Part shown: positions 25,552-33,700 of the stretch, in pieces
Layout: every line of letters starts with the position of its first letter
Numbering within the stretch: the first letter of the stretch is position 1
Assembly (NCBI GenBank): GCA_016180855.1
Contig: JACPAL010000005.1
Location: 52,905 to 116,904, forward strand
Direction: 5' to 3'
Length of the DNA stretch: 64,000 nt
Source of the DNA: Deltaproteobacteria bacterium
GTDB lineage: Bacteria > UBA10199 > JACPAL01
Notes under the pieces: generated by a model
Told to the model about the DNA's origin: nothing
The model's database searches: none
The model's input: the letters and a program-made list of their open reading frames with translations, nothing else
Made by a program: the position numbers and the translations under genes

Positions 25552-27396
25552 ATGAGGAAAATATACCTTACTCTGTTCGCGCTCCTTTTAATGACCGGTC
25601 AGCTTTTTGCGGGCCTTGATGATTTAGATACGAGCTTTGGCCCGGCTGGGACCGGGATTGTCACGCTCGATCTGGACGTAGCGGACGCGAGTGACAAGAC
25701 GGTTATCAACGATGTTGAGATTCAAGCGGATGGCAAGATCGTCGTCGCGGGATATCATCTGCAGGGAACCGATAATGACATTGTTCTGGCCCGGTTTAAT
25801 GCCGATGGGACGATTGATAGTTCATTCGGAGCGGATGGTAATGGTGTTGTTATTACCGATTTGGGAACCGATCAGGATATCGGTTATGCGCTCTCGCTTG
25901 GCTCTAGTGGTGGCAAAATTGTCGTTGCGGGTGAGAAGGACGGAAATTTTGCGGTCCTTCGCTATAACACCAATGGGACTCTCGATACGAGTTTTGACAC
26001 CGACGGCATTGTGACAACCGACTTTGGGGGTGCCGATACCGCACGGGATGTTGTTGCTATCTTTGGCGGGGGAATCGTTGCTGTGGGATACTCTGTGGGG
26101 TCAGGGGCTGCGACCGACTTCGCCCTGGCCAAATATACAAGCTCTGGTGCCCTGGATCCCGCCTTTGATGGGGCCTCGTCCGGCAATGGAAAATTCAAGA
26201 CCGATTTTGGGAGTTCTGACAAGGCGTATGCCTTTGCCTTTGTTGGTTCCCGGCTTATTGTTGCCGGTCAGTCCGCAAACAATTTCGCCCTAGCCAAGTA
26301 TAATGCCACTACGGGGGCACTCGATACGACCTTTGATGGGGATGGAAAGCTCACGACCGATTTTGGCGGCTCTGATGCGGCCTACGCGATAAAGACAGTC
26401 GGGACGACCTCTCTCATTGTTGCCGGCAAGGGTGGAAATGACTTTGCCATGGCGAAATACTTGAACTCCAACGGGGCGCTCGATACGACCTTCAGCGGTG
26501 ACGGGAAGCTCACGACCGATATCGGGGCCTCATCCGTTGACTATGCCAATGACCTTGTGATCGACAATTCCACCAGTACAATTCTTGTTGCCGGAAAGGC
26601 GGGGGGCGATTTTGGGATTGCCCGTTACGATTTCAGCGGCACTCTTGATCCTGCTTTTGATTCGGATGGGAAGCTCACCCTCAATTTGGGGGGTGATCAG
26701 GACATTCCGACCTCCATTGAGCTGCTGTCTAACGGCAGGTTTCTTGTTGGCGGAAAGAAGGGGGTTGGGGGCAGTGTGGGAGAGATGGCGCTCGTCCAAT
26801 ACGGCTCTTACTCGGCCGATGCCAGTGTCTCCCTTACAGCGAGTGCTGATTCGATCCTCGTCGGATCGGAGGTCACTTATACGATTGGGCTTTCCAATAA
26901 CGGGTTGGATACAATGACGGTCTATGGTCTCGATGCTGACTTCGATTCATCGTTTGAATTTGTCTCTGTCGCAATCACCCAAGGGACCTGTGAGTTTTAT
27001 GAGGGGGATAACGAGCTTAATTGTGGAGGTATTGGCCCCTTGGCAGGTGGAGGGTTTGTTGAGGTGACATTGGTCTTGAAGGCAACGGTCGCTGGTTCGT
27101 TAAACGGCTGGGCCGGAGTCTCTGCCTCCCCCGACAATAACAGTTCAAACGACAGCATAACCCTTATTGTAACAGCGTTTGCTACGGAAGAGGAGTTGCC
27201 TCCTCGTTGCGGTGACGATCAGTGTGGTGGCGATGAGAGCTGCTCCAGTTGTGAGGCCCCTCTATCAATATTCCTGGTGGAACGACCCCCGGCACTCCTG
27301 GCACTCAACAGAATGTCACGGTTGGTGAGGCGGGCGGTGCGGGCGGTTGCTCGATGTTGGGAAACGAGTCGTCCCGATCAACCGACCTTCTGCTGA
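25552..27396 (+). CDS. Secreted delta-60-repeat protein with DUF11/CARDB-like domains; the C-terminal sorting tail is displaced into another frame (frameshift near 27250-27270)
   Basis: Signal peptide MRKIYLTLFALLLMTGQLFA; delta-60 repeats; the alternate frame from about 27251 to about 27466 encodes GEAGGAGGCSMLGNESSRSTDLLLTILLTGISLLMIWRD, matching paralog 1's tail. Confidence 0.7.
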   Translation: MRKIYLTLFALLLMTGQLFAGLDDLDTSFGPAGTGIVTLDLDVADASDKTVINDVEIQADGKIVVAGYHLQGTDNDIVLARFNADGTIDSSFGADGNGVVITDLGTDQDIGYALSLGSSGGKIVVAGEKDGNFAVLRYNTNGTLDTSFDTDGIVTTDFGGADTARDVVAIFGGGIVAVGYSVGSGAATDFALAKYTSSGALDPAFDGASSGNGKFKTDFGSSDKAYAFAFVGSRLIVAGQSANNFALAKYNATTGALDTTFDGDGKLTTDFGGSDAAYAIKTVGTTSLIVAGKGGNDFAMAKYLNSNGALDTTFSGDGKLTTDIGASSVDYANDLVIDNSTSTILVAGKAGGDFGIARYDFSGTLDPAFDSDGKLTLNLGGDQDIPTSIELLSNGRFLVGGKKGVGGSVGEMALVQYGSYSADASVSLTASADSILVGSEVTYTIGLSNNGLDTMTVYGLDADFDSSFEFVSVAITQGTCEFYEGDNELNCGGIGPLAGGGFVEVTLVLKATVAGSLNGWAGVSASPDNNSSNDSITLIVTAFATEEELPPRCGDDQCGGDESCSSCEAPLSIFLVERPPALLALNRMSRLVRRAVRAVARCWETSRPDQPTFC

Positions 27397-27456
27397 CGAT
27401 CCTTCTGACGGGGATCTCTCTCCTCATGATCTGGCGGGACTCGCTCAAACGGACGA

Positions 27457-28551
27457 TTAAACATTAAATCTGAAGAAGAGGATATCGCCGTCCTTGACGA
27501 CGTAGTCTTTCCCTTCCAGGCGCATTTTCCCTGCCTCCCGGACCTTGAGTTCAGAGCCGTAGGTGAGCAGGTCATCATAATGGTAGCATTCAGCCCGGAT
27601 AAACCCTTTTTCAAAGTCGGAATGAATAATACCGGCCGCTTGCGGCGCCTTTGTCCCCCGATTGATCGTCCAGGCCCGTACCTCCTTCGGGCCGGCGGTG
27701 AAATAGGTTGTGAGGCCGAGCAAACGGTATCCGGCATGGGCGAGTTGGTCGAGTCCTGATTCTTTGAGTCCGATCTCCTTGAGAAAGGCAGGGCGTTCCT
27801 CCGGCGGGAGGGCGGCGATCTCCGATTCGATCTTTCCACTGATCGTCACGACCTCGGATCCCTGTTTTTGGGCCAGTTCACACAACGCCTCTACTTTTGC
27901 ATTGGATGAAGCAAGGTCCGACTCTGAGACATTGGCGACATACAAGATCGGTTTGGAGGTGAGCAGGAAGAGGTCTCTTATGAACGGCCTCTCCTCCTCT
28001 GAAAGTGGGACCGTTCTTGCGGGTCGTCCCTCCCCGAGCGCCTGTTGAACCTTTTGATAAACAGGGAGGCAGAGCGCGGCCTCCTTGTCTCCGACCTTCG
28101 CCTGCTTCTCCGTTTTTTCAAGTCGCTTGGTGATTGCCTCAAGATCGGCGAGCATCAGTTCCGTCTCAATCACACCGACATCCCGAAGCGGATCGACACC
28201 TCCATGGACATGAACGACATTTGCGTCGTCAAAACAGCGGACAACATGTGCGATCGCATCGACCTCGCGGATATGGGCGAGGAACTGGTTCCCCAGCCCC
28301 TCGCCTTTAGAGGCCCCCTCGACGAGGCCGGCGATATCGACGAACTCGATTGTTGTTGGGGTTGTCTTCTGCGGTTTGAAGATCTCGGTCAACTTCTGAA
28401 GCCGTTCATCCGGCACGGAGACGACGCCGACGTTCGGTTCAATTGTGCAAAACGGATAGTTCTCCGCCGCCACACCGGCGGCCGTCATCGCGTTAAAGAG
28501 GGTCGACTTGCCGACGTTGGGCAGTCCAACAATACCGCATCGAAATCCCAT
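27457..28551 (-). CDS. ychF: Ribosome-binding ATPase YchF/Ola1
   Basis: [16 protein letters not shown]1 motif, TGS C-terminal domain; the conserved start is the Met at MGFRCGIVG. Confidence 0.85.
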   Translation of the reverse strand: MGFRCGIVGLPNVGKSTLFNAMTAAGVAAENYPFCTIEPNVGVVSVPDERLQKLTEIFKPQKTTPTTIEFVDIAGLVEGASKGEGLGNQFLAHIREVDAIAHVVRCFDDANVVHVHGGVDPLRDVGVIETELMLADLEAITKRLEKTEKQAKVGDKEAALCLPVYQKVQQALGEGRPARTVPLSEEERPFIRDLFLLTSKPILYVANVSESDLASSNAKVEALCELAQKQGSEVVTISGKIESEIAALPPEERPAFLKEIGLKESGLDQLAHAGYRLLGLTTYFTAGPKEVRAWTINRGTKAPQAAGIIHSDFEKGFIRAECYHYDDLLTYGSELKVREAGKMRLEGKDYVVKDGDILFFRFNV

Positions 28552-28614
28552 AGGTTTGGCGACTATAAGGGGATCTTGATGGGGATACAACAACTTCTCT
28601 GACTTAAGCCGATT

Positions 28615-29829
28615 TCAGGAATCCCAGGATTCCAAAGTTTCATACAACAAGTGGGGCGGAATGATTCGGTGGGTTCCCTCTTTTGCGGGATGAGGAGTGC
28701 GGCAAATAAGAACCGTCTGGACTTTAAATTTTTTGTCCTCCATCAATGTTCGGAAGGTTTGAAGGTGAGCAAGATCTGTCCGCCTAAACCCTTGGGACCA
28801 TTTGACTTCGATAGCTAGAAGATTATTGCCTCTCTTCATAATCCAATCGATTTCCCGTTTCTGTGTTGTCCTCCAATAATATAAGTGTATGGGAGGCTCC
28901 TGATTATTCATCCAGCCGATGAGCTCCAGTCCAACCCACTGTTCAAAGAGGCTTCCATATTCTGGCTGAAGAGCCTTTTCATCCAACATCCTTTCTGCAG
29001 CGGCATTGCGCACACCGAGATCAAATAAAAGAAGCCTTGGTGTTGAGAGCCATGTCTTTGTGTCACTCAAAGAAAAACCGGGAATGAGATAAGCAGTCAA
29101 CGTATCAACCAAAACCTCGACATGGTGTTTAATTGTATTGATGCTGGCCCCGGCCTCCTGGCTTAAGGAGGAATAGTTGAGGAGGGTACCTGATCGGGAA
29201 GCCATGACGACAAGAAATCGCCCAAATTGTCCCACATCTTTTGTCAGGGCATCCCCCAAAATTTCTTGTTCCAAATAGGTCTGAACATAGCTTCGCAAAT
29301 GTCTGGCCATTCTGGATGCGGGCATTTTTTGAATGCCCGGCAAATTTCCGCGGGTCATCATGGATAATAGAAGTTTGTCCCGTTCGTCGGCTGTTTTTGC
29401 ATCGTAGTAACCGAGTTCTTTTGCAGTGAGTGGACCCAGGTGCCATTGGAGGACACGTCCTGGGAGTGTATTCACTGCGCCGCGTTTGATTTTTCTGGCA
29501 CTCGACCCGGTCAAAAGAGTTTGATAGGGATGTTCTTTGTCATCCAGTAAAACCTGGACAGCGTCAAAGATAAGCGGGACTTTTTGAACCTCGTCTATGG
29601 TGAAAAGTCCTCCCTGAGGAAGTCTGGCTCGGACCTCACTTGCCAAAAGTCCCGGGTTCTTGGCAATCTGAAGTCTTTCATTCGGTTCGGCAAAATTGTA
29701 GTGAATCGCTTCAGGACAAAGAAGGTTTAAAAGAGTTGTTTTCCCCGTTTGTCTGGGACCTAAAACAAGAACGGAATCTCCTTCTTTAAGCAGGTTTTGA
29801 AGGCCTAAAAGGGCCTTTCGCTTGTACAC
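28615..29829 (-). CDS. AAA+ ATPase of the DUF4143 family, paralog 2 (GTG start)
   Basis: Walker A GPRQTGKTTLL; DUF4143-like C-terminal region; paralog of 8226-9368. Confidence 0.75.
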   Translation of the reverse strand: MYKRKALLGLQNLLKEGDSVLVLGPRQTGKTTLLNLLCPEAIHYNFAEPNERLQIAKNPGLLASEVRARLPQGGLFTIDEVQKVPLIFDAVQVLLDDKEHPYQTLLTGSSARKIKRGAVNTLPGRVLQWHLGPLTAKELGYYDAKTADERDKLLLSMMTRGNLPGIQKMPASRMARHLRSYVQTYLEQEILGDALTKDVGQFGRFLVVMASRSGTLLNYSSLSQEAGASINTIKHHVEVLVDTLTAYLIPGFSLSDTKTWLSTPRLLLFDLGVRNAAAERMLDEKALQPEYGSLFEQWVGLELIGWMNNQEPPIHLYYWRTTQKREIDWIMKRGNNLLAIEVKWSQGFRRTDLAHLQTFRTLMEDKKFKVQTVLICRTPHPAKEGTHRIIPPHLLYETLESWDS

Positions 29830-29836
29830 ATATGCA

Positions 29837-29865
29837 AATATATCTTATTAATTTGCATATATCAA
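29837..29865 (-). promoter_or_regulatory. Sigma-70-like promoter (TTGATA-N17-TATATT) giving a leaderless transcript of ATPase paralog 2
   Basis: -35/-10 with 17-bp spacer; -10 ends about 8 nt before the GTG start; a 10-bp inverted repeat ATATGCAAAT/ATTTGCATAT overlaps it. Confidence 0.4.
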
Positions 29866-29939
29866 CTTGAATTGTTGGCACAACTTCTAGCCCTTGACCT
29901 GCTCTGCTGGTGTGACTAAATCCTTCGATTCATAAATTC

Positions 29940-30037
29940 GGTGACGAATTTATTCACTCAGGACTAGTGCTGAGTGAGTAATTTGATTGATTTTTTTGGC
30001 TTTTCAGATACGTCATGGTAATTACGAGTCGAAGTAC
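29940..30037. repeat. 98-bp repeat element, copy B (inverted relative to 13878-13975)
   Basis: Single mismatch against copy A; ends 3 bp before the apbC/mrp ATG. Confidence 0.9.
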
Positions 30038-30040
30038 TAA

Positions 30041-30880
30041 ATGCCGCCTATGCCCGAATCAACGCAGACGACCAACCTCTCCCGAAGGCTCCCGCATGTC
30101 AAAAATGTTGTTGCGGTCGGGAGCGGCAAGGGGGGGGTTGGTAAATCGACGGTTGCGGTTAATCTTGCCCTAGCCCTCAAGAAGGAGGGGCAGGCGGCCG
30201 GCCTTCTCGATGCGGATATCTACGGTCCTTCTATACCGATCATGTGTGGTGTGAAGGAGGGGGAGAAACCGAGGATTGCCGAAGGAAATCGAATCTTGCC
30301 CCTTGAGCGGTTTGGGCTCCCTCTGATGTCGATGGGATTTTTGATGGGGGAGGGGGATGCGGTCGTCTGGCGTGGTCCGATGCTCGCCAAGATGCTCCAG
30401 CAGTTTTTGGAACAGGTGGAGTGGGGCCGACTTGACTATCTTATTGTTGATCTTCCACCGGGCACAGGGGATGTCCAATTGACGCTCGCCCAGCTCATTC
30501 CATTAACAGGGGCCGTTGTTGTGACAACACCACAGGATGTCGCCTTCGCCGATGTTCGGAGGGCGATCAAGATGTTTCAGATGACCCAGGTGCCGATCTT
30601 GGGGATCGTCGAGAATATGGGCAGTTTTTCCTGTCCCCACTGTCATAAGGAGTCGTCGATCTTCGGCCAGGATGAGAACCATTCCCGCTACCGCACGTTG
30701 GATCTGAGACTTTTGGGGGAGCTCCCCCTGGAGATCGAAACCCGTCTGGCGGGTGACCAAGGGACGCCGATCGTCGAGCGTGATCCAAAATCAAAACAGG
30801 CGGAACGTTTTCGCCAGATTGCTCATAAATTAATTGAGAGCCAAAAAGAGCGTCAGGATTTTGAGCTCCCGTCGTTTTAG
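30041..30880 (+). CDS. apbC: Mrp/ApbC/NBP35-family Fe-S cluster carrier ATPase
   Basis: VAVGSGKGGVGKST deviant Walker A; CPHC motif. Confidence 0.85.
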   Translation: MPPMPESTQTTNLSRRLPHVKNVVAVGSGKGGVGKSTVAVNLALALKKEGQAAGLLDADIYGPSIPIMCGVKEGEKPRIAEGNRILPLERFGLPLMSMGFLMGEGDAVVWRGPMLAKMLQQFLEQVEWGRLDYLIVDLPPGTGDVQLTLAQLIPLTGAVVVTTPQDVAFADVRRAIKMFQMTQVPILGIVENMGSFSCPHCHKESSIFGQDENHSRYRTLDLRLLGELPLEIETRLAGDQGTPIVERDPKSKQAERFRQIAHKLIESQKERQDFELPSF

Positions 30881-31527
30881 TGGGGCCTTACGACCTCTGA
30901 CTGTTTTTCCTCCGCTGCCGGAGGGGGAAAGATCTCTGAGCAGCTTTTGTCAACCCTTGTTTTATAGGTAGCATCCTCAACAACGTAAGCCGATATCATA
31001 ACAGGGGGATAATATTCCTTCTTGTTTTTGAGGTAGAGAATCCTCCCAGCCACACCAATGGCAAGACCCAATAGGGCCCCTCCCCATCTAGAGGCTGTGT
31101 CACTCCACCGTGGGAACAACAGCATGAACGGGATGGATAGAAAGATGGCACCAACGACAAGTCCAATAATGCCGGTCATGACGATCGACGGAAAGGGACT
31201 GCCAAAATGGGTATCAGCTACAGCCGAGGTGTTGGACAAGGCTCTCCAGAAATTTTCGTGTTCATTGAAATCGTCAGTATTGAAAAAAGATGAGAGGGGA
31301 CGCGAATCATTTCCTTTTACTTTTGCCCCTCCCTTATTGTCGAGCTCGACAAATGGAAAACGTCCTTGATACCCCTCCTTCAGCTTTTCGTAGAGATCTC
31401 TGTAGGCAAGGTGTTTGTCCCAACGTGATTGCTCCCTGGATGCTGCAATCTTGTTGAAATCTGTCTCTAGTTGACAGCTTGCTTCGAGAAGCTTTCGTTG
31501 TCGGACAAGGTCAATAGAGGAGGGCAT
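30877..31527 (-). CDS. Hypothetical membrane protein
   Basis: Two central hydrophobic helices (VMTGIIGLVVGAIFLSIPFMLLF; GGALLGLAIGVAG); no family recognised; 4-bp convergent overlap with apbC. Confidence 0.45.
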   Translation of the reverse strand: MPSSIDLVRQRKLLEASCQLETDFNKIAASREQSRWDKHLAYRDLYEKLKEGYQGRFPFVELDNKGGAKVKGNDSRPLSSFFNTDDFNEHENFWRALSNTSAVADTHFGSPFPSIVMTGIIGLVVGAIFLSIPFMLLFPRWSDTASRWGGALLGLAIGVAGRILYLKNKKEYYPPVMISAYVVEDATYKTRVDKSCSEIFPPPAAEEKQSEVVRPH

Positions 31528-31528
31528 A

Positions 31529-32473
31529 TTATTTTCCCCCTCCTTGAGTTACGTTCTGATCGACGTTCAGATGCAACATTGGAATAGACCCATCCGGCCC
31601 AAGCGGGATGTAGACCATTTTAAGACCCGGATTGGCCGCCAACAGTTTCTGTGCCTGGACAGCCTCGAGGGCAATATAGCCTGGGGTGATAGCACCAGCC
31701 AACCTTTTGGCGACTGTGGCGCGGGCGGAGCCCAGAATAATCTCTGCATTCGCCTCGGCGCTTGCATTAATCGCCCTAAGACTTGCCGCAATCCCTGCCT
31801 CAAGCTCTTTGAGACCTCTTTCCCTTGCCTTGACATCTTTCTCCAACGCGATCTCAAGAAACCGTTTCTCCACCTCCTGTTTTAAGGCCAATTGTCTGTC
31901 GATATTCTCTTGAACCTCTTTCGGAAAATATATGTCACCTACCATCACCTCGTGTAACACAAACGGCTTCTCTTTAAGAAAGGCATTCATTTTTGTTGCG
32001 ATGCGAGAGGCTATTTCCCCCGACTGATCTTTGAGGCTTAAGGTGGGGATATCCATTGCGACATCGCGTATGGTGGAAGCCAAAGAGGGCTTGACATACG
32101 ACTCATACCAGTTGTCTCCAATCCCTTCGATCACCTCTCTTGAAGTACCGGGCTTTACTGAGATCTTTACCTGAACAGGTAAAGGGACAAGAACCTTATC
32201 AAGGGTTCTTACCATGACCTCTGTCGCGTAGGTGGTCGGTCGCAACTCAATGTTGATAACCTCTAACTTTAGTAAAGAATTTCCAAAATTTCCCGGCCCC
32301 TTGATCGTTCCCTTATAGCCCCCCTTTCCAAACCATCTCGGCTTCTCATAAACATACCCCTCCTGGCCCGCGGGGGTATAAGGATTGGAACAGCCTGACA
32401 GAAAACCTAAGAGTCCTACGCCTCCGATGACACCGGCACCAACGGTAATTCCTCGGGCGAGATTGATACTCAT
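31529..32473 (-). CDS. SPFH/band-7 (prohibitin-like) domain lipoprotein
   Basis: Lipobox GFLSGCS; SPFH-like core and C-terminal coiled coil (ALKQEVEKRFLEIALEKDVKARERGLKELEAG). Confidence 0.65.
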   Translation of the reverse strand: MSINLARGITVGAGVIGGVGLLGFLSGCSNPYTPAGQEGYVYEKPRWFGKGGYKGTIKGPGNFGNSLLKLEVINIELRPTTYATEVMVRTLDKVLVPLPVQVKISVKPGTSREVIEGIGDNWYESYVKPSLASTIRDVAMDIPTLSLKDQSGEIASRIATKMNAFLKEKPFVLHEVMVGDIYFPKEVQENIDRQLALKQEVEKRFLEIALEKDVKARERGLKELEAGIAASLRAINASAEANAEIILGSARATVAKRLAGAITPGYIALEAVQAQKLLAANPGLKMVYIPLGPDGSIPMLHLNVDQNVTQGGGK

Positions 32474-32551
32474 GAGACCCTCCTTTCGTTTTTTTATACT
32501 GTTGGCTACCAATTCGTATTGATCGGAATTTGGTTGCGGGGAAAATTTAAG

Positions 32552-33670
32552 TCAATCCCACCGTCCAGGGATTTTAAGATTGCATTTCGGGCAGTGGCCA
32601 CCTTGTTTAAGATGGTAAGACAAGACCTGAAATCCGTAACGCTCGATCAGGAGGGTATTGCAGGAAGGACAATAAGTATTCTCCCGATTCCCCACCTCTC
32701 CCGGCCGGTTACCGGGATAGACAAAGTGTAAGCCTTCTTCCTTTCCAATCTCGTAAGCCTTAAGAAGCTGCTGGATCGACGTGTCGTGATGGTCTTTCAT
32801 CTTATAATCTTTATGAAACGCGGTGATGTGCCACGGGATCTCTCTTGAAATGCCGGCCAGAAATTGGGCGATGCCACGTAGTTCTTCCTCGGAATCGTTG
32901 AAGTCGGGTACAATGAGGGTAACGACCTCAAGCCAGAACCCCATTTCATAAAGTCGTCCGATCGTCTCCAGGACGACGGGCAGGACACCCCCCAACTGCC
33001 GATAATGCTTGTCGTCAAAACCCTTTAGATCGACCTTGTAGAGATCGACCCATGGCCGGATAAATTCCAGGACCTCGGCAGTTCCGTTGCCGTTGGAGAC
33101 ATAAGAGGTGATCAGCTTTTCTTTTTTTGCAACTTTGAAAATCTCCACGGCCCACTCACTCGTGATGAGAGGTTCATTATAGGTGCTCGTGACAATCCGG
33201 GCCCCTTCCTGCTTGGCATGGTTGACGAACTCTTTTGGCGACAACGGGATCGGTTTCGCGGTTGCCTTGGAATCCCGGAGCGACTGGGAGGTGTACCAGT
33301 TCTGACAATATCCGCAGTGATAATCACATCCCAGCATCCCAAAACTCATCGCCAGGGAGCCTGGATAGGCATGGAAGAACGGCTTTTTTTCAACCGGATC
33401 GAGTTGAAGAGCGCCGACGTAACCGTAGGGGACAAACAACGTTTCCTCCTTATTGTAACGAACCAGACAGATCCCTGCCTTCCCCTCCGGGATGAGACAA
33501 CGATGACCACACGAGAAGCAACGGACCTTCCCATTGTCAGATTTTTCGTAGAGCAGCCCTTCCCGAGCCTGCCTTTGCAAAACGTCACTGAGACCGCGAA
33601 CCTCTGGGGAAGGAAGGGCCATACCCGTATGATACCGTTTGATTAAGTCTTTGACAACACGTTGCGTCAT
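32552..33670 (-). CDS. AmmeMemoRadiSam-system radical SAM enzyme (PFL-activase-like)
   Basis: N-terminal Cys pair CFSCGHRC, radical-SAM CxxxCxxC (GCDYHCGYCQNW), C-terminal CPSC...CPKC; start taken at MTQRVVKDL. Confidence 0.7.
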   Translation of the reverse strand: MTQRVVKDLIKRYHTGMALPSPEVRGLSDVLQRQAREGLLYEKSDNGKVRCFSCGHRCLIPEGKAGICLVRYNKEETLFVPYGYVGALQLDPVEKKPFFHAYPGSLAMSFGMLGCDYHCGYCQNWYTSQSLRDSKATAKPIPLSPKEFVNHAKQEGARIVTSTYNEPLITSEWAVEIFKVAKKEKLITSYVSNGNGTAEVLEFIRPWVDLYKVDLKGFDDKHYRQLGGVLPVVLETIGRLYEMGFWLEVVTLIVPDFNDSEEELRGIAQFLAGISREIPWHITAFHKDYKMKDHHDTSIQQLLKAYEIGKEEGLHFVYPGNRPGEVGNRENTYCPSCNTLLIERYGFQVLSYHLKQGGHCPKCNLKIPGRWD

Positions 33671-33700
33671 CGTTAGACTCTCAAACAAGACTCTAAAGCT

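Noticed and set aside
13878-30037. Treating the 16-kb segment between the inverted 98-bp repeats as a mobile genomic island
   Set aside because: The interior is dominated by core housekeeping genes (purU, rpsP, trmD, ychF), and there is no integrase or transposase. The repeats look like copies of a small element, not island boundaries.
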